IMG/VR virus record: IMGVR_UViG_3300030095_005945
Coordinates: 1-51,056 of that record
Length of the DNA: 51,056 bases
DNA from: a virus
Taxonomy: Duplodnaviria > Caudoviricetes
Reading direction: 5' to 3' (one strand)
Under the pieces are notes generated by a model. That model worked only from the letters and a program-made list of their open reading frames with translations, did no database searches and was not told where the DNA came from. Every line of letters begins with the position of its first letter. Position 1 is the first letter of the stretch. The position numbers and the translations under genes are program-made. Shown here in pieces: positions 19,701-28,760 of the stretch.

Positions 19701-22700
19701 TACAAGAGATGATGTTATGACTGCTATACACAAAGAAACAGGAATGTACGATCCTTCAAATCCTAGTGGTCATAGTAAAAATATGACAATATCAATAGGA
19801 AACGAAGGTAAAGGTGCTATGCTATTAAAAGATATGAACTTTGATGCTGGAGTAAAACAATCTAAGGCAATGGAAAAGCTTGGAGTACATTTTATGCCTA
19901 ATACTACAGCTGCTAAACAGTATGGTAATAGGAAAGCTATGTTTCATGAGTTTGTAAAAGGTGAGTATAAGTTTTTTAATTGGGTAAAGAAAAAAGGCAA
20001 ATGGGTAAAAGAATATGGTGAACCTGAAATATTTGATGTTGATGTTAGAGATTTAAAAACAGTTCTATCAGAAACAACAGATACTAAGAATATAAAGAAT
20101 AAAAAGCTTGTAAAACAGATGCAGACTAATTTTTCATCTTTAAATAAAAACGTAACACCAGAATTAACAGAACAGTTTTATAATGATTACAATTTAAAGC
20201 ATTTTAATGGTAAACAAAGATATAATGATCTGTTAAAAGAATATGAAGCTACTAAAAATCCTGATTTAATAGAAAGTATAGTAAAAAATATAGAAAATAT
20301 ATCTACAACTGATGTAGCAAGAGTTCTTACTGAGCCTGGATTAGAAGAATTGCAACTAAGACTTTATGAAAAGCTATTTAGAATTAATAGGCAAAATGAA
20401 TTGCTTTCTTTAGAAGAGGGTGAAATTGGTGAAAAGGAAATATCAGATACTATAAGAGAACTTAATCAATACAAATCTACTGCAGATAGGAATCTTAAAT
20501 TAGCAGATAATAATATAGCCGTGTATTTACATAAAGCTCAAAGCCCTTTAAAAAGAAATATAATTAAGAATTACATAGTAGGTCAAATAACTAGACCTTT
20601 AGTTCCAAATTCATTAGGTGGAAGAATAAGGCCTTATGATGTAGAGCTTCAAATAAATCCAGCGACTAAAAGATTAAATAAAGAAAAAGATCTGATATTT
20701 TTAGATGATGGAGCTAAGGGTAAGAAGATAGATTACGAAGATTTAACAGCATTTTTAGAGTCAAGAACTAATCCTATTGTTAGAAAATCCGTTATTAAAC
20801 AGATTACAAAAAATGATACTTTAGAAAAATTATGGAATTATAGAAATGAAGCAGTTGGAACAAAAACTCAAGAATATATAGATAATTTTCTTGAAAGTAT
20901 TACTACAAGAGTTCCTATTGATTCTACAAGCGGATCAGTTGTATTAAAATTTGGTGGATTTACTGGTAGAAAAGGTTTTGGTGGAATAGTTCATGGTGAA
21001 GTTATGTCTAAAATAGGTGGTGCAGATACTGATGGTGATAAATTCTTTAGTTATTTTGGTATTAAACCTGAATATAAACAAGTATTTAGAGATAATGCAA
21101 ATGAATTTGTTAGATATTATAAAAAATCAGAATATTTAAAAAACCCAAATAAATTGACTTCTAAATTAACTAAAGAAGAATACGAAGCTTTACCTAAAAA
21201 AGAAAAAGAAGATTGGTATTCTGCTATATCTAATAATAAAAATGATTGGAGACATTTATATACTATAACAGAAGGAGAAGCTAAAGAAGTAAGACAAAAT
21301 CCTTCTATGTTTTATAGTGTTAATCAGAGAAAAGTTATTTCAGATGTTGCAGCAGATGGTCGTAATAGATTGGGAGTTGCTGTAGTAGATAAACAGAATT
21401 TATTAGCTGCTTATACTGATTTATTTTCAGCTGGCGTAAAAAGTAAGACTATTGAGCCAAGTGGATATGCTGAATACGATGTTAAATTAAGAACTGATGT
21501 AAAACAATTAAGCGAGGCTTTAGAAAAATTAAGAACATCTATAGCTATACCTTCTGATCCATTAGATGAAATTGGAATTAAAGGTAGAAGTGAATACTTT
21601 TCTAATATGTTTGATTCAATATTTGAAGTTACAGCTTATAGAAGAAGAAACTTAAAAACAAAGAAATGGGAAAATAAACCTGTCAGGCAAATAGAACCTT
21701 GGATGAAGCGATATATAATAGCTCCATATTCTAATATAAATTCTGCTTATTATGGTAAGAATTACTCTAAAAACAGGCAATGGACTTATGAAGAAATGAA
21801 AGACAAAGGTTCTTTTATAAATATTATAGCACAAAATGGCGATATAGTTTCTTCTATAGCAAGACAGGGTAGAGATTTGCAGAATATTAATTTCTATGAT
21901 GGGCTTGACAGAAGATTGAATAAAAAATCGGTAGCAAAAGTATATGATGAGTATTCTAAGAATATAAAAGATTATTATGATGTTGCAAAAGCTATAGGAA
22001 AAGCTGGATGGCAGGTTCCTTTAAATAAGCCGATTAGAGACTATTTAGGCTATAAAATAGAAAATATGGATAAGAAGCTACAAGCAGAGCAATTTCTATC
22101 GAATGACATGCATAATATGGCTTCATTTAATCAGTTTATAAAATACTGGAAAGAGATACCTACAGCTAAATTAACTGAAATGGCAAAAAAGGCACAAGAA
22201 ATACAAAATAAATCTTTCTTAAGTAGAATGGAAGATAAAGAAGCTATTAGATATGAAGTTAAGGTAGGTAAAGAAGTAAAAGAATTATCTAGCGAAGAGA
22301 TGAATATATTAAAAAGATCTGGTGAACAATTTGAAGTATTAAGAGATATTCCTTTAGAGAAGAAATCTACTATAGTTACACAGGCAAAAACAGATAAAGC
22401 TATATACGATTATAAAAGAACTTTAAATCCAAAAGAAAGACAAGCATTTGACGCTTTAATAATAAGTGGCTTTAAGCCTGGAGATGGTAAAAATGTAGAT
22501 AAATACTACAAGTTGTTAGACAAAAAAGATAGATTAACGCCTTTAGAGGAGATTGAGCTTGCAAGATTGAGAGATATAGTATATGCTACCAATTCTAATA
22601 GCTTAGGTTTTGCTAGTGAAGCAATATCAGATAATGTTATACAAGATTTTTGGAAGGGTTTTGATGGTGTGTATCATAAGATGTCAAGAAAACCATCTAA

Positions 22701-25700
22701 AGAACTAAGTGAAGATATTGATAATGTTGTTGAATCTGTTAAAAAAGTAGAAACTAAGGTTGGTGAAAAAGAAGTAAAAGCAAATCTTGAAGAAGGTTAC
22801 GAATCTAAGTTAGAAAAATTAAGAGTATTAGATAAGATTCCAGGCTTTAGAAGATTATCAGAGCAAAAAGCAGGTAAAGTAAAGCTTACAAACGAAAATC
22901 AAAAGCTATATGATGAGCTTTTAGACAATTTAAACTCTTATGGTAATAGCATAGGAATTAAGCTTGAAGGATTGATAGCAGATCTATTTAATAAATCACC
23001 AGATGCTATGACCATTGAGGATGTAAGAGCATTTAATCATTTACTTGGCTCAAGAAGAAAAGGTGACAATCTTGGCTGGATACATAATCAATTTATAAAA
23101 TGGACTAAAGGAGATCCAAAGTTAAGTGGATATTTTTACCATATATTCCCAAGAACTGTAGATAAAGCTTGGTTAAAAAAGGATTTAGATCTGGTTGAAA
23201 GAATAGGATATAAATGGGAGCCTGGGAAAAAATTACCTGTTGAATCCATAACATATAAACCATTGCACGCTATAGGGCAGATGCAATATAATAATAATGC
23301 ATTAAATCAAATGGCAGCTCATGAAGTTAATAAAATGGAAAGCAAGATAAGGGATGGATTACAGTTTTTAAATTCCATTAAAGAAGGAACTGAATTGCAT
23401 GAATTAGCTATATACAAAAGAGAATTACCAACTGGGCTTGCTTTATTTGAAAGTGGTGAAAAGATAAAAGCTACAGCTTATGGCGTAAGGAATGGCAGAT
23501 TACAGCCAAAGATTCAAAAAAGAATAGATGAGTTATCTGATAAAAAATATAGAATTTTAGATGGAAAGACTAAAAAGGATCTTACTGGTAGTCAAATAAT
23601 GGATAAGATTAATAAGTTTTGGAATAAAACATTTGATGATATGTATAATAATTGGATTTTTGGGGATAATCAATCTATAAAAAGATTTGTTTCTAGAGAT
23701 AAAAAAGGAGTAGAGTCTGGTAATATTGATACTTTTATAAAAGAAATTACAGACGCTATTAAAGAAGGTAGACCAGTACATGAAGCTGTTAAAATAGGTG
23801 TAGATGGTATAAATAAAATGGCTACTCATACTCAATTAAGCTTAACTAATAATCCTAAATTAAGAAACAAGCTTTACAATAGACTTGGAGAGTTTACAAA
23901 GTATAGATCAGGATTTTGGGGACATAGAAACTATGAAAAATCTGAAATAGAAAAAGCTTTAAAAAGCAGAATGGAAGAGCTAAAAAAGAAGAATATACCT
24001 GAAGAAGATAGACAGCAAATAGTAAATGAAGCAGCAAATTTAGCATTAAGAATGAGAAATATACAAGATGAATTTGATTTAAGTGCATATAAATCTTGGA
24101 ATATGTTTGATGAAGTTACGGATGCTATAAAAAATAAAATGGTTGATAAAATACAATTTGAAAATGCTGAGATTAGATCGGGACATACTATGGGAAGAAA
24201 GCTTCATATAGCGGGATATGATAGAAGTCCATCAGCAGGGGAAGGATACGCTAAAAGCGTTATAGAGAATTTCTATAAAAATACATCTCAAATATTAAGT
24301 AGAAAAATTATAGATAGATTTGAAAAAGCTAAAAGTCAGAAATATTTAAAAAATGGAAAGATTGTAGATAAGGCTGGGTATGATAATATACAAGCTTGGG
24401 GTAATTTCTTTAAATTATATGCTAATAGAGCGTTGGGCTATCCCGAAGTAATACCAGATTATCTATTAAACAATCCAAATATGGGGATAAAAGGAACGCC
24501 TTATTATTGGTTTGCTGATTCTACTGTTAAAAATAGAATGAACATCATAGCTAAAAAAATGGGTATAAAAAACAAGGATATACCAAAAGAAATAGATGAG
24601 ATGCTATCTTATAATAAAATAAGAAACTGGAGTAATATGGAAGCTAAATATCAATTAGCTACATTATTAGCTCATCCAAAAACTGCGATAGCAAATATAT
24701 TTGGTGGATCTACTATGACAATTCAGTCTGTTGGATTAAGAAATTGGTCAAAGGTAAGAAATTATGAATGGTTAAAAAATAATGTAGATTCTAGTTTTAC
24801 ATCTAGGCAATCTATATATGATCATGTTGTAAAATTAGGTGTTCAAGAAGATTTTTTAAGGAAAGAGATTGGCTTGTCTGGTGCAGCTAAAAGTAAAAAA
24901 GTAAGTGATGGATTAGAGCTTTTGGCTAAAAAGATTAAAAGAGATCCAAGTGTTGAAGATAAAGAGTTAAAAGATATATGGAAAAAATCAGGGTTATCTG
25001 ATAGTTTATTTGAAAAAGCAGCTTATTTTATGAGAAAATCTGAAAGAATGTTGAGAACAGATTCATATATGGCTCATTTATTACAAGGATTAGATATATT
25101 TAAAGGAGCTATAAACGATATTAATCATCCGTTTCTTGTATGGTGGGCTAAAGAAGGTGTAAAAAATACTCAGTTTTTATATGATGCTTCAAATAGACCA
25201 GCTTTTGCATCGAGTGCATTAGGAAAGGTTGTTTCAAGATTCCAAATATGGGCTTGGAACTCAGTTGCTTTTAGAAGTATGGTATATAGAGAGGCCAAAG
25301 AAAGAGGATTTCAAAGAGGAACAAAAGAATTTGAAAGATTTAAAAGAACAATGCAAATGGATCTTATGATGTTTTCTTTAGCAAATGTATTTGCATATAG
25401 TTTATTTGAAAATACTTTACCTGCACCATTAAATTGGTTCCAGGATTTAGCAGATTGGATGTTTGGAGATGAAAGTGAACGAGATAGAGCATTTTTTGGA
25501 GCTTATCCTAAAGCAATAGCACCATTACAAATGGTTACTCCTCCAGCTTTAAGATTATTACCACCTACTATGAAAGCATTATTAGATGATGATTGGAGTA
25601 GAATGTCTGATTATTATTTATGGACGGTATTGCCATTTGGAAGGTTAGCAAGGGATGTTAAAATATCGGCTGAAAATCCAATGCAAATTGTGGAAAGAAG

Positions 25701-25761
25701 TACAGGATTACCTTATATTAAATTACATAGGTATTTAAAAGAGCAAAGAGAACTTGAATAG
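16768..25761 (+). CDS. Giant virion protein, putative single-chain two-barrel RNA polymerase with macrodomain-like insert
   Basis: TRVP...IVHG...GGADTDGDKFF (DxDGD at 21025-21039); HVDGG and downstream lysines near aa 972-1030; LFGDN...GGQA...GIPTK...GLGTGLA at aa ~412-500; Gly/Ala-rich N-terminus. Confidence 0.7.
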   Translation: MEDYQNPTEDYSFKPVYTADLTNRLVTNYRKNPNKFNEKLVSQLEEHANHYNIGFNRDTTSDDFNAIDTIKQVGTGFMSGFTTLNYGEPPKNPYENIAHSLGHLAGFVGWVPGAHAKSSFAALRALSVLKGKSIPLVAANAVQKPVSNFAAEMVQKGFGKRSEAVSGVAKLLYNDTARDAVEGAFHLGTASAVSSWTHGVDAMIDSAIHGGVAGGAFRGIGNLLKSPLPKDNAVAENVLGSVAGALFTGLPATMRGATAPEQVYEYLLGAYFGFNESPSSRRVAQKYRYEELQKQPTAQKMQEKLEKDLLKKDWSPETQKVVREFSEQTIQSEQVMEIMRKLGRDNPALNQALEARFVAQEGKPPTQEQIERIKDNIFKTETPVEPTELADTPRIETVKRYNKSMLRANTDKVYLFGDNLEGRGKGGQAVIRDEPNSFGIPTKKSPRRDSDAYFMDAEFEANKVAIDNAINAIPKNKIIVFPEDGLGTGLAKLPEKAPRTWEYLQQRLEGLKKEVQSENMIKEIEVKNTEQSQKVEQEKLEREDTGVVVDAPLNIKDWASDNIVKSWLKEDGTTDVFKKKANIEDLNLKLREKIKNRDMDIDELTNWMKVRYNYDITSPEATERNFFRTFLKRKIAEQNVRIVSPELEIEYKFTPKKRKGKVVKDESGNVEFYRNFQDIKDINFTELTPDNPQNIAGNRKSIKMPVFNIENIYNSIKGGNLNLSDPNQRPLRVVDEVIIKSKSGFPKETNMLGFKDQVERQVYNDNLKLKGHVAAESMAKRVSEEAYNKFIGNMYEGMRKKGYYYFSGRGDADKMMFMKYHPEIEAKKPYEIKQILNDIIRENNYDKNLINKDKSDFVKKFKDLKIADDVYNRGFVSNLYYNMSMNGITPVKGNYNFVNTKGFITNPIAFNKRAQIWFTSGYEMEPAFLQREIKDMKDGQFRMTLTKSVDDLPGELRKLPWEKMKNTDTVEHVDGGTPTRDDVMTAIHKETGMYDPSNPSGHSKNMTISIGNEGKGAMLLKDMNFDAGVKQSKAMEKLGVHFMPNTTAAKQYGNRKAMFHEFVKGEYKFFNWVKKKGKWVKEYGEPEIFDVDVRDLKTVLSETTDTKNIKNKKLVKQMQTNFSSLNKNVTPELTEQFYNDYNLKHFNGKQRYNDLLKEYEATKNPDLIESIVKNIENISTTDVARVLTEPGLEELQLRLYEKLFRINRQNELLSLEEGEIGEKEISDTIRELNQYKSTADRNLKLADNNIAVYLHKAQSPLKRNIIKNYIVGQITRPLVPNSLGGRIRPYDVELQINPATKRLNKEKDLIFLDDGAKGKKIDYEDLTAFLESRTNPIVRKSVIKQITKNDTLEKLWNYRNEAVGTKTQEYIDNFLESITTRVPIDSTSGSVVLKFGGFTGRKGFGGIVHGEVMSKIGGADTDGDKFFSYFGIKPEYKQVFRDNANEFVRYYKKSEYLKNPNKLTSKLTKEEYEALPKKEKEDWYSAISNNKNDWRHLYTITEGEAKEVRQNPSMFYSVNQRKVISDVAADGRNRLGVAVVDKQNLLAAYTDLFSAGVKSKTIEPSGYAEYDVKLRTDVKQLSEALEKLRTSIAIPSDPLDEIGIKGRSEYFSNMFDSIFEVTAYRRRNLKTKKWENKPVRQIEPWMKRYIIAPYSNINSAYYGKNYSKNRQWTYEEMKDKGSFINIIAQNGDIVSSIARQGRDLQNINFYDGLDRRLNKKSVAKVYDEYSKNIKDYYDVAKAIGKAGWQVPLNKPIRDYLGYKIENMDKKLQAEQFLSNDMHNMASFNQFIKYWKEIPTAKLTEMAKKAQEIQNKSFLSRMEDKEAIRYEVKVGKEVKELSSEEMNILKRSGEQFEVLRDIPLEKKSTIVTQAKTDKAIYDYKRTLNPKERQAFDALIISGFKPGDGKNVDKYYKLLDKKDRLTPLEEIELARLRDIVYATNSNSLGFASEAISDNVIQDFWKGFDGVYHKMSRKPSKELSEDIDNVVESVKKVETKVGEKEVKANLEEGYESKLEKLRVLDKIPGFRRLSEQKAGKVKLTNENQKLYDELLDNLNSYGNSIGIKLEGLIADLFNKSPDAMTIEDVRAFNHLLGSRRKGDNLGWIHNQFIKWTKGDPKLSGYFYHIFPRTVDKAWLKKDLDLVERIGYKWEPGKKLPVESITYKPLHAIGQMQYNNNALNQMAAHEVNKMESKIRDGLQFLNSIKEGTELHELAIYKRELPTGLALFESGEKIKATAYGVRNGRLQPKIQKRIDELSDKKYRILDGKTKKDLTGSQIMDKINKFWNKTFDDMYNNWIFGDNQSIKRFVSRDKKGVESGNIDTFIKEITDAIKEGRPVHEAVKIGVDGINKMATHTQLSLTNNPKLRNKLYNRLGEFTKYRSGFWGHRNYEKSEIEKALKSRMEELKKKNIPEEDRQQIVNEAANLALRMRNIQDEFDLSAYKSWNMFDEVTDAIKNKMVDKIQFENAEIRSGHTMGRKLHIAGYDRSPSAGEGYAKSVIENFYKNTSQILSRKIIDRFEKAKSQKYLKNGKIVDKAGYDNIQAWGNFFKLYANRALGYPEVIPDYLLNNPNMGIKGTPYYWFADSTVKNRMNIIAKKMGIKNKDIPKEIDEMLSYNKIRNWSNMEAKYQLATLLAHPKTAIANIFGGSTMTIQSVGLRNWSKVRNYEWLKNNVDSSFTSRQSIYDHVVKLGVQEDFLRKEIGLSGAAKSKKVSDGLELLAKKIKRDPSVEDKELKDIWKKSGLSDSLFEKAAYFMRKSERMLRTDSYMAHLLQGLDIFKGAINDINHPFLVWWAKEGVKNTQFLYDASNRPAFASSALGKVVSRFQIWAWNSVAFRSMVYREAKERGFQRGTKEFERFKRTMQMDLMMFSLANVFAYSLFENTLPAPLNWFQDLADWMFGDESERDRAFFGAYPKAIAPLQMVTPPALRLLPPTMKALLDDDWSRMSDYYLWTVLPFGRLARDVKISAENPMQIVERSTGLPYIKLHRYLKEQRELE

Positions 25762-25770
25762 GAGAGAAAT

Positions 25771-26091
25771 ATGTCAATTAAATTAAGTACAGCAAGATTA
25801 ATATTAAATGCATTTAAAAAAGGTGTAAAAAATAAGAATAAAGGTGGAAAATTAACTGCAGAATTATCCAATAAAGCTAGAAATTTTTTAACATCAAAGT
25901 CTAAAAAACATGGAACATCTATATCTGGGTTAGTTAGAAAATCTAGAGCTGTTATGAATAGAGAAAAATTAGATAGTGCATATTCAATAGTATATAAAGC
26001 AAAGGGAAAAAGTTTTAAAAGTGATACAAAAAGAGCTATAAATAAATCTTTTTCATCTCCTCATTTTAAAAATAGAAAGAAAAAGTATTAA
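25771..26091 (+). CDS. Highly basic hypothetical protein (possibly DNA-binding)
   Basis: K/R/S-rich 106 aa; GGAG RBS. Confidence 0.6.
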   Translation: MSIKLSTARLILNAFKKGVKNKNKGGKLTAELSNKARNFLTSKSKKHGTSISGLVRKSRAVMNREKLDSAYSIVYKAKGKSFKSDTKRAINKSFSSPHFKNRKKKY

Positions 26092-26131
26092 AAAGCTCCT
26101 CCAGGTGAGAAAGGATAAAACCCAGAGGAGC
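26090..26131 (-). terminator. Hairpin terminator at the convergence of the two transcription arms
   Basis: Minus strand GCUCCUCUGGGU-loop-ACCUGGAGGAGC followed by UUUUU; two G-U pairs form only on the minus strand. Confidence 0.7.
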
Positions 26132-26142
26132 ATTATAGGCAG

Positions 26143-26235
26143 TTAACTACCTATTAACATTTTTACTATTTCCTTAAACTTTTCTAAATCAGTTTTAGGC
26201 CTTTTTCTTGGTCTGCCACGTTTTCTTTTTTTCAT
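26143..26235 (-). CDS. 30-aa AT-hook-like peptide
   Basis: MKKRKRGRPRKRPKTDLEKFKEIVKMLIGS; TGATG-coupled to the upstream ORF. Confidence 0.55.
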   Translation of the reverse strand: MKKRKRGRPRKRPKTDLEKFKEIVKMLIGS

Positions 26236-26654
26236 CAGATCCCCCATTTACTTAGAGCTTTAAGCATAGTCTTTTTTAACAAATGCATATCACACCATTT
26301 TTTTTCTGACATATGAGCCATCCAATCATAGCGTTCTTCTCTTGTTAGGCAATGTCTTTTATCTATATGATAAAATTCATATCCTTTAGCATTGTTAAAT
26401 ACTATATAATTTCCTTTTACATCCATAGTTATACCATCAGTAGGAAATTTCATATTTACAATATCTGCTCCTGATATAAGTTTAAAAGGTTTAGCAGTTT
26501 CCATAGGTTCCTCCTTTCTATATTCATTAAAGTGTTCTATTGATTTTTTACTAGCCCAATCTGGATTAGTATCTGATTGCTTAGCAAATATTTCTAATAT
26601 TGATTCTGCACTAGCAATTCTATTCGTTAGATTTTCTATTAACTTATTTGACAT
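26235..26654 (-). CDS. Hypothetical protein
   Basis: ORF track; AGGAG RBS. Confidence 0.65.
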   Translation of the reverse strand: MSNKLIENLTNRIASAESILEIFAKQSDTNPDWASKKSIEHFNEYRKEEPMETAKPFKLISGADIVNMKFPTDGITMDVKGNYIVFNNAKGYEFYHIDKRHCLTREERYDWMAHMSEKKWCDMHLLKKTMLKALSKWGI

Positions 26655-26664
26655 TTGGTCTCCT

Positions 26665-27525
26665 TTAAAATATATACCTTATTTCTTGCCAAGGTATGTG
26701 TTTATTATGATTTTCTAAGAATTTATTTATATACATACGTTTTGCTTGGTATCTATATCTAATATTTACACCACCGTATTGTGATATTTTTCTTTCTTGC
26801 AATCTAGGTTCCCATAAAAAGCCTTCTCCTTTAACATTGTGTATTATGTTATATTTATGCATTTTTTCGTTATGTGTTAAGAATATGCATTCTGCTTTTA
26901 CATAAGGCTTTATGCTTGGGTCTACTATATTGTCTACTAATTTAAATAAATCTCTATAATCCTCTTTATGATTTTCATACATTATTATTGGAGAATAATT
27001 TATATGAACATCATATCCAGCTTCATAGAAATCATTTATTGCTTTTATTCTGTCTACAATTTTACTTGTACCAGGTTCTAATTTGTCTGATAATGATTGT
27101 GGCATAAGACTAAATCTTATTCTAATCTTTCTGTCAGGATCATAATTTAACAAATCTTTATTTACATATTTTGTAGCAGCTGTACCCATGGCTTTTTCAT
27201 GATATTTAAAATAATTAAATATTAAATTCCAATCATGGTAATTAGCGTGCAATACAAAATCTTCGTTACAACTAAAATCATATGTATAATATTCTTTATG
27301 TGTTTGATTCTGCTGTTTAGGCCAAGACAATTCTTCACAATGCTTTTCTATAGCTATTAATATATCTTCAGGATTATTAGCTATTGTTAAGCCAGAAGGA
27401 ACATGTCTTCTCATATAACAGTAAGAACATTTATACATACATCCAAAGCCAAAGCTTGGTGTTATATAATCACTACTTCTACCAGATTCTCTGATAATCA
27501 TAGCTTTTCTATTTACATATCTCAT
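26665..27525 (-). CDS. Spore photoproduct lyase (SplB)-family radical SAM protein
   Basis: GCMYKCSYCYM (CxxxCxxC), DFSCNED, ATKY, RIRFSL, GYDVHINYSPII, NIRYR. Confidence 0.8.
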   Translation of the reverse strand: MRYVNRKAMIIRESGRSSDYITPSFGFGCMYKCSYCYMRRHVPSGLTIANNPEDILIAIEKHCEELSWPKQQNQTHKEYYTYDFSCNEDFVLHANYHDWNLIFNYFKYHEKAMGTAATKYVNKDLLNYDPDRKIRIRFSLMPQSLSDKLEPGTSKIVDRIKAINDFYEAGYDVHINYSPIIMYENHKEDYRDLFKLVDNIVDPSIKPYVKAECIFLTHNEKMHKYNIIHNVKGEGFLWEPRLQERKISQYGGVNIRYRYQAKRMYINKFLENHNKHIPWQEIRYIF

Positions 27526-27722
27526 TATTTTTTCCTTTTTACTTTTGACCAGTTTTTCTTACCTGTTTCTCTTTGTGCACATTTTTCACAAATAATAAAA
27601 TCTATTTTTGAATCTAAAGGATACAACTCTTTAAATAATAATACATATTGATATGAATGTGTTGGTATGTACTTGCTACACATTTCACATTTATCTCTTC
27701 GTATTCCTAAGTATTTTATCAT
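27525..27722 (-). CDS. Small zinc-finger protein
   Basis: CEMC...CEKC. Confidence 0.6.
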   Translation of the reverse strand: MIKYLGIRRDKCEMCSKYIPTHSYQYVLLFKELYPLDSKIDFIICEKCAQRETGKKNWSKVKRKK

Positions 27723-27731
27723 TTAATTTAT

Positions 27732-27812
27732 AAAGCAGGTAGCTAAATGAAGTGTGCGAATGCACTTGTGCTAGATTTGTTCATTTAAGGCGTTAAGAAG
27801 CGTACCTGCTTT
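27732..27812 (-). ncRNA. End-paired structured RNA element (81 nt)
   Basis: Closing stem AAAGCAGGTA/TACCTGCTTT; inner stems TAAATGAA/TTCATTTA and AAGTG/CACTT. Confidence 0.5.
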
Positions 27813-27817
27813 AATTT

Positions 27818-28096
27818 TTAGTAGTTATACTTTATATGATTATTAATCAAAAAGTTTTTAATCCACCAACATCTTCCATTATCAGAAGCTATATTAGCTG
27901 CTTTTATATGTCTTTGATGTGTAGTGTATTTATGATAAGGACTTGTATATATATACGGCTTCCTTTCTTTGTGAATTTTAACTCCACTTTTAGCCACCTT
28001 ACTCATTTCAGTTAATGTTATCATTTGTAATTGTCTCCTTTCGATAACTTTCTTAGTATGTATTTTTGCATTTCTTCTGGCTGTCTTTTGATCCAC
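27818..28096 (-). CDS. Basic hypothetical protein
   Basis: ORF track; overlaps the HNH 3' end, start uncertain. Confidence 0.5.
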   Translation of the reverse strand: MDQKTARRNAKIHTKKVIERRQLQMITLTEMSKVAKSGVKIHKERKPYIYTSPYHKYTTHQRHIKAANIASDNGRCWWIKNFLINNHIKYNY

Positions 28097-28479
28097 TTTA
28101 ATAATCGTTTAAAATCTTTATCAGATAAGTTTCCTTTTCTTGTATTACATCTTCTACATATTAATTGAAGATTTTCAGGAGTACTATCTCCCCCATGTGA
28201 AATAGGGTATATATGATCGCAAACAATATTAGCCACGGTAAGAGTAATATTGCAGTAACAGCAACTTTTGCCGTAAGATTTATATAAAATTTCCCTAATT
28301 TCTTCAAGAGTAATTTTAAATATAGTGTCATAATCTCTGCTCCTTCTCTTTAGTGATGTTCGTAGATTGGAAGACTTTTTCATTATTTTATGAAAAATCC
28401 TTTTCCAGTGATTCTTATGCATGCGCATTAGCTTACGTTTGAATCTACTTTCCCAGTATTTTGTTATTTTATTAGCCAT
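28021..28479 (-). CDS. HNH endonuclease
   Basis: CCYC...DHIYPISHGG...NLQLICRRCNTRKG. Confidence 0.9.
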   Translation of the reverse strand: MANKITKYWESRFKRKLMRMHKNHWKRIFHKIMKKSSNLRTSLKRRSRDYDTIFKITLEEIREILYKSYGKSCCYCNITLTVANIVCDHIYPISHGGDSTPENLQLICRRCNTRKGNLSDKDFKRLLKWIKRQPEEMQKYILRKLSKGDNYK

Positions 28480-28485
28480 ATTTAA

Positions 28486-28520
28486 AGACAGAGGAAAGTA
28501 CGCTGTGCCTTCCTCTGCCT
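28486..28520 (-). promoter_or_regulatory. 5'-leader hairpin just upstream of the HNH start
   Basis: Minus strand AGGCAGAGGAAGGCAC-AGC-GUACUUUCCUCUGUCU. Confidence 0.55.
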
Positions 28521-28522
28521 AA

Positions 28523-28552
28523 AAATTACACATTATATATCTATAAATACAA
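28523..28552 (-). promoter_or_regulatory. Putative host-sigma promoter
   Basis: Minus strand TTGTAT-N18-TAATTT. Confidence 0.55.
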
Positions 28553-28568
28553 GATATTTTGATGTGCT

Positions 28569-28760
28569 CTAAGATTCACCTACGGTTGTTATCCACATTT
28601 TTGGTAGTTTATCATAATATGTAAAACATATTGATATTCCTATTCTCCATATTGCAAAAGATAACAATAAAAATGGACCGTTATGATCTTCTTCTTTTAA
28701 TATTCCAAGCTTAAATATCAAAAAAGATAATTCAATTGAGTTTTTTGTTTTTTTTATCAA
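28569..28760 (-). CDS. Small hydrophobic hypothetical protein
   Basis: ORF track; coupled to the upstream gene. Confidence 0.5.
   Translation of the reverse strand: MIKKTKNSIELSFLIFKLGILKEEDHNGPFLLLSFAIWRIGISICFTYYDKLPKMWITTVGES

Noticed and set aside
839-24088. Many minus-strand ORFs in the track opposite long + strand genes (and + strand ORFs at 29019, 29068, 32561, 33548; also 39361, 43033, 43717, 44204, 46410, 47061, 49212)
   Set aside because: Antisense or alternate-frame shadows fully overlapping better-supported genes, with no recognisable motifs
26232-26238. CUGAUGA hammerhead core on the minus strand
   Set aside because: Explained by a TGA/ATG gene overlap; no flanking helices to form a hammerhead
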